From NCBI GenBank assembly GCA_951406725.2, contig OX597815.1:134106001-134170000 (forward strand): a DNA stretch of 64,000 nucleotides, in the 5' to 3' direction. A program made the position numbers and the translations under genes. The notes below the pieces were generated by a model, which searched no databases, was not told the origin of the DNA, and saw only the letters and a program-made list of their open reading frames with translations. Shown in pieces: positions 36,035 through 49,138 of this stretch (positions within the stretch are counted from its first letter, which is position 1; every line of letters begins with the position of its first letter). This stretch comes from Octopus vulgaris (taxonomy: Eukaryota).

Positions 36035-38132
36035 CAGTTTCCATGTACCAAATCAATCCACAAGGCTTTGGTTACTCTGAAGATATCATTAAAGATACTT
36101 GCTCAAGATGCTATGCAGTAGGACTGAACCTGAAAGCATGGGGTTAACAAGTAAACTTCTCAACCACACAGCCTAATCAGAAATAATAATAATAAAAAAG
36201 AGAGAAAATGTGTCATTTCTTTATAAGAATTGATAAATAATTAATTAGAGTATTATAATTATTGCAATCTCGATCAAAATATTACTTTTCTTGCTATCTT
36301 TAATATTTAATTTCTTGCTAATTGTTATAACGAAAATACCATTGTATCATTTGTTATTGTCATCATTAACAACTGATAATTTAATTATTCATTCGTCTTA
36401 CTTGAAACAGATATTTTTATAGTTAACAATAGATTCTTTGCAGTAACTAAGATAGGTATGGCTCTCTTCTAATGTCAACAGATGAATTTTTAGTTCTCAG
36501 TCTTTTTAAATAGAGACAAGATTTAAATATATTTTACATACAACACATTAAGTACTACTCTAGAAATTAGCAAAAAAGATACAATAAATAAATAATTAAA
36601 AAAAAAACATCTTCCTTCTGATAGACAATGATTTGTTTACTGAACTCTATACTAATGTTCCATAATCTATTAGGTTATTGGGATAATACTGAAGGAATTT
36701 TTTGTTATGTAGCACAAGAACAAGGCAATATGGTAGAGGCTCTTTCTTTCTAAGTTACACTGATCATAGTTGAATTTATGGAGACAAAGTTTATAATTTT
36801 CTTTTTAAATGAATCTCATTATTTGAATAAGTTAAGTGAAATGGTTCTGCCCAAGAATTAAGCCCAGGTTGTAGACTTGACCCATTGGAAATTTACTTTG
36901 TGATGTTCAACAAGTAGATTATTATATTTTGCATTTGGTTGTGGGAGTTGGGGTAATTTGTTTTTATATGATTTGGTCAGACGAGGAAGGCTAGTGCTGA
37001 TGGTCTTTCTCAGTGTCTCTGAAACTGGAAGGAGAGAGGGATGAGGAAAATTATCTTCAGTCTGGGGACCTAGACTGAATGCTTGCAATGGGGAGTGTGC
37101 CACTGAAGGCATCCAAAAGCCAGTGATGTTGAACAAGATACTGTTTGATAGCATAAAAGATGCATGGATAAATGAAACACATGGGCATATCAGATGCATT
37201 CCAGTTTCAGCAGCGCACGCTCGGGAAAAAAGTTTTTAGTGTATTAAAGTATAAAGGCGGGTCAGCTTCCCACATAGGATCAAATGCGATTTTGTTCAGA
37301 TGTGTTTTTTTTTTTAAATTGCATCCTATATGCCATCAACTATGGTAATTCATTTGTTGATACTAGAAAAAAACATGAAGGAAAAAAAAAAATAAGAGGC
37401 ATACACTAAATAGACTAGAAACTTAATGAGGGTAATTACAAAGCAGCTAGTATATTGTTGTTTCAGCAATTTGTTGTGCATCTAATGTTTGATATTTGAA
37501 AAATAGATGTGACAAATGCTTCTGTTCTCAAGATTTTTTGTATATCCTATCCAGTGTAAACATTTCATTTTCTGTTCTCTCTCTGGGTTTAACACAAAAT
37601 ACTGATATTCTTCATGTGAAAAGATTGTATTCTTTTATTCACCTATAGATATTATCAAAATGATTCAATGTGATATTCTCTTCAGTTTAGAAGGCCATCT
37701 TTTTTCTTTCAATGAAAGCAGCATCTATTCCAGATGGTAGAGATAGAACTTCCACAACAATCTAAAATAAATATTTGGTACAGTACGTCTGTGAACTCCT
37801 AAGACCAACAATAATATAGTAGTATCATGGTTATAGAATATCTCTTGAAAACTGCTACTCCTGCTGTCATTTCTGTCTTAAACATATTATGTAAGCAGTG
37901 CATTTTATTGTTTATATATCAAGTTTTTGTAGCAAACTACTACAACAATTGTTCTTTGTATATCAAGTATGTCGTAGACCAGTGTTTCTTAAACTTTTTA
38001 TTACTTTATCAATCCACTACCACCAACGCTATTTCCCCTAACACAGATAACCAAAAAGTAGTCCCTTATATAACACAGTTTATTGCTAAACACAAACAAC
38101 TTTATATTAATCTGACTTTATCATTCTTAAAA

Positions 38133-38364
38133 TTAACACACTTTAGCATTCAGGTTACTTAGTCAATGTAACACTTATTTATTCACATTTTTAGAAATTG
38201 ATTATGTATTATCTTGTAGCTTTGTGATTTCGAAGATGTGATTATTTATTTTTAGAATGATATTGTAGAATAGGTGTGAGAGGCAGAATCTGGCGAGTTT
38301 GAAAATAAAACAGGTAGAATATTTGGGTTGGATATGGTTAGTTTAATTTAAAGTAAGGGATTAA
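38133..38364. mobile_element. TTAA-flanked piggyBac-like MITE (related copies at ~49989-50180 and ~50297-50350; another family at ~56843-57068)
   Basis: TTAA|C(A)C.CTTTAGCATTCAG...AAGGGA|TTAA ends and a shared internal sequence. Confidence 0.6.
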
Positions 38365-39080
38365 AGAAAAATAATACTAAAAAGAGCACAGTGTAACAAA
38401 CCTGTAGATAGATCTAAAAATAAGGAGATGATGTGTGAAGAGAGAGGGGGGAGGGGAGAGAGAGAATGTACAGTGACAGAGATGGATGTCAGAGGAATGT
38501 AGAGGTTGCTATAGTGTGTGGAGAACAAAGAGGGAGTGCTGATGGCAAAGAATGATAGCAGATGAGAGTGTTAAAGATGAGATATAGCACTCCTAAAATG
38601 TACTTCATTGGGGAGGGAAAGATAACTGGAGGCACAGAAAGGGTTTATCAATGGAAAATAAAGAGGAAAGGAACAATATTGAGAATGAGGGATGGATTTT
38701 AAAAGGAAGTTCCCAGGAGAGGGAGTGGTAATTGGCTCTGTGAAACGAGTATTGTTCTTGTCAAACCAGTCTTTAAGTTTTCTTGCCATGAAGCCATGAA
38801 GGTGTAGAAATGTCTGCCTTTAGAGTACATTGTGTTTTCATCAGTGTTGCAATGTTCTAGGTTTATAAAGGATATTTTAATCGAAGCACTGTTGAAGTAG
38901 CTTTGTTTTTGCTGAATCTGAGAGAAACACAGAGTTGATTTTCTGTTGGCATCATTTCTGCTATCGATATTGCTTTGAAATGCATTGCTTGGAGTCAACC
39001 AGTGAAAGTAACCTTTTCCTTATGAAGACTCAAGGTGGAAATCTGAGCAAGTGTTACAACTTCACTTACCTCCCACGTGT

Positions 39081-39464
39081 TTTAGGAGCACTCCGTCGGT
39101 TACGACGATGAGGGTCCCAGCTGATACGATCAACGGAACAGCCTGCTCGTGAAATTAACATGCAAGTGGCTGAGCACTCCACAGACACGTGTACCTTTAA
39201 CGTAGTTCTCGAGGAGATTCAGCGTGACACAGAGTGTGACAAGGCTGGCCCTTTGAAATACAGGTACAACAGAAACAGTAAGAAAGAGTGAGAGAAAGTT
39301 GTGGTGTAAGAGTACAGCAGGGTTCACCACCACCCCATGCAGGAGCCTCGTGAAGCTTTAGGTGTTTTCGCTCAATAAACACTCACAATGCCCGGTCTGG
39401 GAATCGAAACTGCGATCCTACGACCGTGAGTCCGCTGCCCTAACCACTGGGCCATTGCGCCTCC
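39081..39464 (-). mobile_element. Young full-length tRNA-derived SINE with a 13-bp TSD
   Basis: Head GGAGGCGCAATGGCCCAGTGGTTAGGGC...GTTTCGATTCCC; TSD ACCTCCCACGTGT at 39068-39080 and 39465-39477. Confidence 0.92.
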
Positions 39465-41026
39465 ACCTCCCACGTGTAGAGCACTGTGAAGGCCAAAGTC
39501 CAGCAAAAGAAGTAAAGTTGATCACACTTTCTGTGGCTGTGATGGTGAATGATGGTTGTAACAGTTTGCTACCTTGAATTGTCTTACACTAATTTAGGGC
39601 CAAAAGTATCTCAGTCAAGATTGTTTCTATGCTCAAGAAAAGAAAAATGCATAAATATGTTCCAGATTGCTCTCTCTTTCTCTCTCTCTCAAAGTCCACC
39701 GATGATTGTCTGGTGACAACAGGATCAGTATTGTGACATTTGGGAACTGCTAGTCATGAAAAAGCATAGACAGTAGTTGTACAATGGTTGCTAGACATTT
39801 GATCTAAGACAGAAGTGTCTTCCAGCAGATGCATCAAAGCAACCCTTATTAGGGTCAGTTCTGTCCACACTGCATTGGGAAAAAGCTAGAACTGAATCTC
39901 TGTATTCAGAGGGATCACATTTTTACGTGCAAAATAAATAAAACTAAACAAAATTTGGATTTTGAAATATTTGAATACTTCACAAGACCAGAATGACACC
40001 AAGGCCTCAGTTCTAGGGAATTGGTACATTTCGGTATTGACAGTATTATAATCCTTAACTATTGAAGGACAGCTGAATCCAATGTGATAGTGGATAAACC
40101 TTTTTTTGGAAGGGAAAACCTATCATACGAGCAGTATTTACATGAAGCAGGCTTTGTGGCTTACAGTGATCTGACTGACTGGTTACATGAACTTTCAGCT
40201 GGCATCTGTGAAAGATGAAGGACTTTCTGCTTAAAGATAGGTGACAGTCATTAATGTATATGCTAACCACATTTAATATAGATACGGAAGCTTAAGAATA
40301 ATTTTATGTTAAGTTATATTGCTTTCTATCCAGAGTACCAAAATAAGATAAAGTCATCTTGCTGGACAACATCAGTGTCAGGCTTGGCAAAAATTTGAAG
40401 CTCTGGAATAGTACAATTGGGAAAAAGGGGGCACAGGAAAGAATAATTGAAATAGCATAATGCTCCTAAGTGTAAGAAGCAAAACTTGAAGTGTTCTCGG
40501 AAGCATCTGTACTCAAAGTACTGGCCTGACTAACGATATCAACGTATGGCTCTGCACTGACAAGCATGTATGTGAACCTACCATATGTCATGACATGCTT
40601 TTACATACAATTTACTATACGAACCCACCTTCACACATAAAATAATATTTTAATTAATTTTAATAGACATAAATTATAAAGTAGCCCAAGGGCTGAGATG
40701 CCGATTAAAAATAAGATAAAAGTAAATACTGAGTTCTATTTATCCCATTTGTTCAACCAAACCTCTACATACAATGATAGTTATTTCACACATTTATGTA
40801 GTAGTAATCAATGTTTGATTCATGACGAACAATATTCACCAACGGATAGTCAACTCTGTTGTGTAAGATATCATTCTTATACATAACAGATATTTCAGAC
40901 ATCTAATACTGTTGAGATGCAATAACAGGGTTAACTCAGCCAAGAAAGGCATAAACGTTATGCCGTTCACATTCATCTGTTTTATTTTATAAAAGAGATG
41001 TTTACTGGAAAAATAAAAGTTGTGAC

Positions 41027-41250
41027 ACTTACGCGTTTATTGAGAGATTTAACAGAGTAAAACAACATTACAGAAATTGACTGAACTTTGGGTTGCTGAC
41101 TTGAATCGCGCATGTGGAGGACACCCGCCTACGCCCACACACGCACATGCACGAGTCTCTACGCTGGAGAGGGGGATTTTATTCCGCATGCTAATTTTAA
41201 AGTTGCTTACTGACAGTCTCTAAAAACCTGTATGGAAACAAAATAAAAAA
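41027..41250 (-). promoter_or_regulatory. Candidate minus-strand promoter or non-coding exon
   Basis: GC-box-like GGGCGTAGGCGGGTG, CATGCGCG, Inr-like TCAGTC at ~41085, donor CGC|GTAAGT at 41033/41032 and acceptor TTTTGTTTCCATACAG| at 41228. Confidence 0.5.
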
Positions 41251-42831
41251 AACAACATATATATAAAACTGAAAACTATATCAGTAAAGTTTAAGTTGCA
41301 AAGCTATGGGTTTGCAAAATTAAAGATTCGTTATTTTTCTCGATATTGACGTGTTGTTATCCATTTGCATAACAGCTATGCAACGGGGTTGTCATGCACT
41401 TACAATTCCCCATTCATATTAAAAAGGTCCATCTTCTTTTTACACGGGCGATCGAGCTTTTAGAAACAGCAGCCAAATCTCCCTCTAATCACACCCGACC
41501 GGCGCAGAAAGACGTAATCAATAAAAAGTCCTGGTTATACTATAAATTCAAAAGTGTACAGACTACGATTAAAATGCCTTACTCATCAGGGCTAAAAAAG
41601 AAAAGGAAAAAAAAAAATGAACATGTGGATTTATACATGATTTAGGTAAGATATAGCAAGATCAATATGGTAATGGTTTGGTGCAACAGCATTTCTCGAG
41701 TCAGTTTCGGTTGCCACTTAAAATCACTGTATTTTACAATACCAAAGCTCTACAGGAAAAAATTATCTTGTAGGGAAAAGAAGCTATCGTGTAATTATAG
41801 CATTTCTTAAAACATTTGTAGCAAACATTTCGGGTAATTTTTTTTATTTAATAAATTAAAAGTTAACAAAGTTAATACTGTTAAGGGTACAATTATATGG
41901 TCAATGCCGATGGAAAGGCATGAACACCGTAAATATTTGTTTAATTTTGAAAATGTCATGTTTTAAATCGACGTAAAGATATAAACCAAGCAGGCTGTCA
42001 CTTTGTAATAAGCGTAAATGTCTCAATCTTCTTTCCCCCTGTTACCTAATATATGAGACCTCGTGCTTATGCAAGACGTCAATACATTGTTAATACCGCC
42101 GAGAAAAGGATGGACATTACGCAACCTCATTTTGTCTCCAAAATTTCAGTGAGTCGCGTCGTCTTGTCATAAGTAATCAATATTGTTAACGAATTAGAGA
42201 CCTGTCAATATATCAAGATGTTAACAAATATGGGGACTATATTATACATAAATTAAACAGGAATCTATCAAATTAATAATAAATTGAAATTAGAAATTCA
42301 CTATTAACTAAAACAAAAAGCGGTTTTATAAAAAAAACAAAAACAAAGTATTTGAATGAATGAATGAATATACACGCGCATACATAATCTTATTTGCATA
42401 TACACCCTCATGTATTTTGTACACATATCTAGATTATCATAAGATACAGTGTACGGGAAATTGAATTAAAAAAAAAGGAATAAATAAATGACTGAAAATT
42501 GATATTTTCTTTAATTTTTGTCTCCTTTCCTCACTAGAGCAATTGCAATTATCTTCTCTCAGATTCAAGTGTAAAATATCTATTTTCTTAAAAACTTGAC
42601 AAAAGCTTTCTGAAATAACATGCGCGTGTCATGTTATTACGTGTTGTGGACAGGTACGTTTATTGATAATCCACCATAAACGCACATTTGTTTCATCTAT
42701 TCCGTGACCGCTGTTATATGATGTTGTCAGTGGAACCTGCGACCGGGTTTCAATATCCAGCTGGGAACTTAGCGTCGCTAATGACATTACGGAACAAGCT
42801 TCTCTTACTTCTTCGTTAACATATCCTGCAA

Positions 42832-42985
42832 CATACCTATCATAAAAAAACAATAACCGATTTCTTCTATTACCCGCCAAATCATACCTATGTATATATG
42901 AGAAACAATGATGTGGTTCTCGCATACCCGCCAAATCATACCTATAAAGAAACAATGACGCATCCTGTCCATACCCGCCAAATCA
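42832..42985. promoter_or_regulatory. Triplicated module with SOX-like (AACAAT) and E2F-like (TTTGGCGGG) sites
   Basis: TACCCGCCAAATCA at 42871, 42925 and 42972, each preceded by CATACCTAT and AAACAAT; the intervening bases are diverged. Confidence 0.65.
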
Positions 42986-43915
42986 ACGGTTATGTATTTC
43001 ATTGTTGTTCAACATGTAAGCGCACCTTAAACGCAGTCTCTGAACTGTTTTGAAAGGGCCAAGATCCAGTTTAATTAAAAATCTAGTAGGCTATTAATGA
43101 ATGCCTGGGTATTTTGCATATTTTAATTATCTATTTTATTATTATTCTAATTAATAAAGGTAAATACAAATGACATAAGATAGTTGCGCTTTAATGGTAA
43201 AATTGTCAGAGTAAGCGAATGATTTTACGCGTGTTTAAAGGTTTGTGAAAATAGCAGTTTGAAACGAAGCCTCAACTTGTCAGTAATAATCGTTTAGCTT
43301 TCATCAAGCAAAATTATAATTAAAAGCATTCTAGCCGTGACCGTCCAGTTTCTCCAGTTTATCTCACACTACAATGTCTTTTCCTTTCCTCTTTTCATTG
43401 AACGATAGTAGCTTGTGTTCTGAAAGATTTTCGCTACTATTTCTAGAAGGTCGAGCGACCACATAGATGCTCCCTCATTGGCTCGTGTGTGTTGGTAGTT
43501 GGCTTCGGTACTGAAGAGAGAAGCATGTAAGCTGTTGAATAGTTCTGCCCAACTACATCAAGGATGGGCCAACACTGAAAAGCATATTTCCTTCTCTCTC
43601 TCTTTTTTTATTGTGTGTGTGTGTGTGTGTTTGTTTTTGCAATCATTGATTTAGCACTTTCATATTCATCGGCATTTTCAGCGAAGAACGAACAGCTCGT
43701 TTCCGAGAGGTTCTTTTTTTTTTTTACCTCCTCGACGCGATGTCTTAAGAAAAATTAGTGCTTTTACCGTCGGAGGATTTATCAGAAGCTTCTTTCCAAC
43801 ATTCTCAACGAAGATTCTACATGAAAATACTACACAAACAGCTACCAAATTTCGAAACGAAAGGCAAATATAGTTTTATTTATTTGATATAAGTGATGTA
43901 TGATTGATCAAACAA

Positions 43916-43917
<2 letters not shown>

Positions 43918-43967
<50 letters not shown>

Positions 43968-44035
43968 CCTATCTATGTCTGTTTGTCTGTCTATCTATCT
44001 ATCTGTCTGTCTACCTATCTATGTCTGTTTGTCTG

Positions 44036-44102
<67 letters not shown>

Positions 44103-44203
44103 GTCTATCTGTCTCTTTATCTATCTGTCCCTCTATCTATCTATCTGTCTGTCTGTATATCTCTCTCTCTCTCTCTATCCATTTGTCTGTCTGTCTCTGC
44201 CTC

Positions 44204-44258
<55 letters not shown>
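43918..44258. repeat. (TCTA)n/(TCTG)n tetranucleotide microsatellite
   Basis: Visible directly; source of the YLSI ORFs. Confidence 0.95.
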
Positions 44259-44259
<1 letters not shown>

Positions 44260-44478
44260 AATTTTTTGGACTTTATTTACAACCTTATAAAGAAAAATGT
44301 TATTGGAGGATCTACATAAAACAGGTTTCTGATAAAAGAACCATATAAAGCACACCTACACAGATATGCTTCGAATTCATTCTCACCTCTGTTTATCAAA
44401 AAAAAAAAATATAGTGTATAAAATCCAGTCAGAGGAATTGAACATGTATGTGTGATATTTTCAGTTTCCCTTGCTCAC

Positions 44479-44524
44479 CTGCAGTGCACCATTTTCTTCT
44501 CACGTATGAAGCTCCTGTCACTTT
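44479..44524 (-). other. Candidate 46-nt minus-strand exon
   Basis: Acceptor GTTTGTTTTCTTTTAACAG| and donor CAG|GTGAGC are both near consensus; contains AAAATGGTGCACTGCAG. Confidence 0.45.
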
Positions 44525-47489
44525 CTGTTAAAAGAAAACAAACGTCTTTAAAGTAAGCCTTCGATGTTTTTTCCACATGCTAATTCCGAAAGCACTCTGA
44601 GTAAGAGGGAAGAAAAAGAGTGGGGGTTATAGTTTATTTTGTCCCTTTTAAATATTTGAGACGACCCCAGTTAGTTCCGTTTTTTTTTTTTTTGCACTTG
44701 GCTCCCAGAAGGAGTAGACAAGTGCACTATCCGCTTATTCGTTTTTAACTAATTGAATTTCTTAAAATTAAATACAATTTTCGGCTCACCTTTTCTAAGT
44801 AGTTTTATATTTTCTATAAGTATTACAACTTCTCTCTCATACCTACAGATATATAATTAAGGAAAATATAGAAAAATATATCCCCGTTTCTCCACCCCCG
44901 TGATTTTTGAAATTTTCATCTAATCTCCGCGTAGGTATTTAATTTCTCCCGTATATGAATGGAATGTTCGGCTCCACTGTCCGTATTTATTGCATTTATT
45001 TCTTTTTAATACAAAACCTGCTTTGAAGACTATAACAGCAACCGTTGCTAGATTCAGTCGAATTTTTCTTTTTTGCTACGCATTGAGGGATAAACACATA
45101 ATGTGGTGTCTGTCAGGAGGAACAGACATATTTCAGTCAAGCTTTATAGATATGCATGCACTTTGCTAAGAAAGGTGTGCTACTGCATCGCTCTCTCCCT
45201 ATCTCTCTCACGCTCTATCCCTCTTTATCTATTTGTCAGTTCTTTCCTCTTTCCCTCTTTATTTCTCTGTTCTTATCTGCCTCTTACTCTTTATTCCTCA
45301 TCTATTTATCTCTTTCTTTGTCGTTCTCTCTCTTATAAATATTAATAAATGTTAAAATTATTCCGAAACTGTTGTGACAAGTGGTAGCAGCGATCTTTAA
45401 AGCGAAGAATGCCTGGAATGGGCCACGCCTATTTTCATAACCGTGCTATTATTATTACTCAAAGCAGTTTATTAAGGCACAAGTTGATAATTTGCAAATA
45501 ACCCGTTTTCCTATTATTAACTATCTCATGCAAGAGCCATTTCATGGTGAAGTATACGTTTTAATTGATTAAATTGCTTTAGCGATATGTCTACTGCTTA
45601 CCTCATATTTCATTCTTCAACTACGTCCATCTTTTAACTGTTGCAATTATTCACTTTTTCTTCGTCTTCTGCTGGTGATTAAATATGTCTATATTTTCCC
45701 TTGCTATTTGTTCAATTTTTATTTTGATTTCTTCTCTCCCGATTTCTTGCTTAATGAAGTGTAAAAAACATTTTGAACTATCAGCCATTAGGGTAGCCAT
45801 TATTACCTATCACCAATGCAATTTACCTTTATTTCCAGATCTCTTGAAATATAGACGCGCGCGCGCGCGTGTGTGCGTACATATACGCGCGCGCACTCAT
45901 GAACACTCCAATATATAGAAACACATTGATATACACAAACACATATGCTGTGTGACTATCTTGATTTATTGGAAAATGTCGATGTATTCTGATACACCAA
46001 ATATATTATTCAGAATATTTTTACTTTGAAAATTGACATTTAGTTTTATCATTTAGCTTTGTTTTAAAACAGTTGATCGGATTGAAGAATCTGTCGAAAT
46101 TTAGTCTTTGGTAGTCGCTGTTAACATCCAGTAAAGAGGGAGAGGAGAGGAGAATATCAATTAAAATTGATACCAATTTGATAGAATCCTATCTGATTAA
46201 TCAATCAGAAATGACAATATTCAGACGAAAATCCAAAAAGTTTTCAAATACTTAGTTTTAATGTTTTTTAATGTTTAATAATCCATTTTACTATAGGCAC
46301 AAGGCCTGACATTTGAGGGGTTGGGGTGGACAGGGCTAGTCGATTACATCGACCCCAGTGTTCAACTGATGCGTATTTTATCGACTCCAAAAGAATGAAA
46401 CGCAAAGTTGACCTCGCGGATTTGAACTCAGAACGTAAACCCAGAAGAATGCCGCTAAGCATGGTGTCCGGTGTGCCAGCTCACCGCTTTTTGCATGTGC
46501 TATAATAAAAATGAAGCAACTTCAAATACTGTAAAGAAACGACACTCTCTGAATTTTAAAATATCCATTTCATGAAGGAAAAAAAAAAAAAAAAGGAAAA
46601 CATGGTATGATATTGATTTAGTAGATATCAATTTTTCAATAGAAGCAGAACCATCTGAACATTATTGGCTCCCAGACACAGCCGTGCACTGGGAGCCCTG
46701 CATACATATCCATAGTATACATAGACTACCATTGGGTCACTAGACTCATAGGGTCCTCGGGCAACTGCCTGGTGTACCTATGCCTTTGTAACATGTCAGG
46801 GACACACTAAACCTTAAATCGGGACTGAATAAAAGTCTAAAACTATAGAATTTTATAATTTTCCGTACTAAGCGCTGGTATGGCTTTATGTTTAATGCCG
46901 TTTACTTCGCAACCACCTGGTTTCAGGTTCGATCGTACTGCATGTCCCCTTAGGCAAGCATCTTTTACTATATATTCAAGTTACCCAATACCTTGTGAGT
47001 AGAATTTGGTGGACGGAAACAGTGTACCAGCTCGCCATGTGTGTGTGATTTATTGTATCTGTGTTCATGCCTGTCTTAAAACTAATTTACGTATATTCTA
47101 TAATTTAGTTTCGACAAATAGAGAATGAGGAAATGAATAGCGAGATCAATGTGACAAACTAAACCTTTGAAAGCGGTACCCCAGCACATCCACAATACAA
47201 TGATAGAACTACAGAAATATTATCCTCGTCTTTTGAGAGAAACGTATTTTAACATCCTTATCTCTGTTGTTTCGATCTGTTCGATTTCCAACTGTTTTAT
47301 TGTTGAAGGTGTCTGTGTTACCAAACTGGATTCGAACCGAAATATCTTAATTTCAAATCTAGTTTGGTACCACGAACATGACACCTGAGTAATACATCTG
47401 ATAATGATTGGAAATCAAAGCGATTAAAATGTAGTGTAGATATAAATATTTGACATATTTAGATATACAAAGATGAAATTAATACATAA

Positions 47490-48820
47490 TAATAATCCTT
47501 TTTATTATAGGCGTGAAACTTTCGGGGGAGGTGGGGGCGGGTGGATAGTCGATTTACATCAACCCCCAGTGCTCAACTGGTACTTATCTTATCGGTCCTT
47601 AATGGATGAAAGGTAAGTCAACCTCGTCAGAATTTGAACTAAGAATGTAAGGCTAGAAGTACCGCTAAGTATTTTCTTTTACGGTCTAACGGTTCTGCCA
47701 GCTCGCCACCGAATAAACGTGGGTTCGCATTTTTGCACAACACCAGAAATTTTGGGGGAGGGGATAAATCGATTACATCAATCCAGTGCTCGACTGGTAT
47801 TTATTTTATTGATCCTGAAAGAATAAAAAGCAAAGTCGACCTCGGCGGAATTTGAACTCAGCGGACGAAATGCCGCTAAACATTTTGCCCGGCGTGCTAC
47901 GGTTCTGCCAGCTCGCCACCGAATAAACGTGGGTTCGCATTTTTGCACAACACCAGAAATTTTGGGGGAGGGGATAAATCGATTACATCGATCCAGTGCT
48001 CGACTGGTATTTATTTTATTGATCCTGAAAGAATAAAAAGCAAAGTCGACCTCGGCGGAATTTGAACTCAGAAAGTAAAGACGGACGAAATGCCGCTAAA
48101 CATTTTGCCCGGCGTGCTAACGGTTCTGCCAGCTCGCCACCGAATAAACGTGGGTTCGCATTTTTGCACAACACCAGAAATTTTGGGGAGGGGATAAATC
48201 GATTACATCGATCCAGTGCTCGACTGGTATTTATTTTATTGATCCTGAAAGAATAAAAAGCAAAGTCGACCTCGGTGGAATTTGAACTCAGAAAGTAAAG
48301 ACGGACGAAATGCCGCTAAACATTTTGCCCGGCGTGCTAACGATTCTGACGGCTCGCCAACCTCCCGTCACCTAATAACAATTATAATAATAGTAGTAGT
48401 AATCCTTTTTAATATAGGCACAAGGCCTGAAATTTTCTGGGGTGAATGTTAGTCGATTTCATCCAAGCCAGTGCACAACTGGTAATTAGTTCATCGACTC
48501 CTAAAGGATGACAAAGTCGACCACGCCGGAATTTGAAATCAGAACGTAAAGACGGACGAAATGCTGCTAAGCATTTTATTCCGGCGTGCTAACGACTTTA
48601 ATAATCCTTTCTACTGTAAGCACAAAGCCTGAAATTTGCGGGGAGGGGATTAGTCGATTTTATCGACCCCCTAGGACTCAATTTACCATTTTATCAACCT
48701 CGGAAGGATGAAACGCAAAGTCGACCTCGGTGGAATTTGAACTCATGACACCTGAGTAATACAGGTGTCATGTATTACTCAGGTAATACATGACACTAAC
48801 AGTTCTGCCGGCTCACTGCG
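47490..48820 (-). repeat. Tandem Nin-SINE array including three near-identical 210-221-bp units
   Basis: CGGTTCTGCCAGCTCGCCACCGAATAAACGTGGG recurs at 47690, 47900 and 48121; CpGs retained. Confidence 0.9.
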
Positions 48821-49046
48821 AAATACTTTCTTTTCACCACTACTTTGCTACTCGAAAGAATTCCGTAATGTTGTTGATGAAGCTCAGATCTGATTCATTT
48901 TATCTGTAACATTCAGTAGTCTTAGATCTGACTTTACCACTTCCAAATTAACTTTGGCAACCACGTCTACCTGTGGATATCTTCGAATTAATGGTTAAGT
49001 TTCGTAATGTTATCTACTTGCACTCGATTCTGCTTAATCTTTATTT

Positions 49047-49138
49047 TACATTTTCATAACAAGTCCCTAGACTGCCTTAATTTTACTTATTACATTTTCA
49101 TAACAAGTTCCTAGACTGGCTTAATTTTACTTATTACT
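49047..49138 (+). repeat. Tandem ~44-bp duplication
   Basis: TTACATTTTCATAACAAGT(C/T)CCTAGACTG(C/G)CTTAATTTTACTTA occurs twice. Confidence 0.85.

Noticed and set aside
40070-40235. Plus-strand peptide DKPFFGRENLSYEQYLHEAGF...
   Set aside because: Bounded by stops, weak acceptor and no recognisable family.
42832-42985. CRISPR array
   Set aside because: Eukaryotic context, only three short repeats, spacers related to each other and no cas genes.
43900-44348. Three overlapping 118-139 aa ORFs
   Set aside because: (TCTA)n repeat lacking stop codons.
44465-44552. Plus-strand exon (TTTTCAG|...|GTAAGC)
   Set aside because: Overlaps a stronger minus-strand exon candidate and has no supporting neighbours; not excluded.
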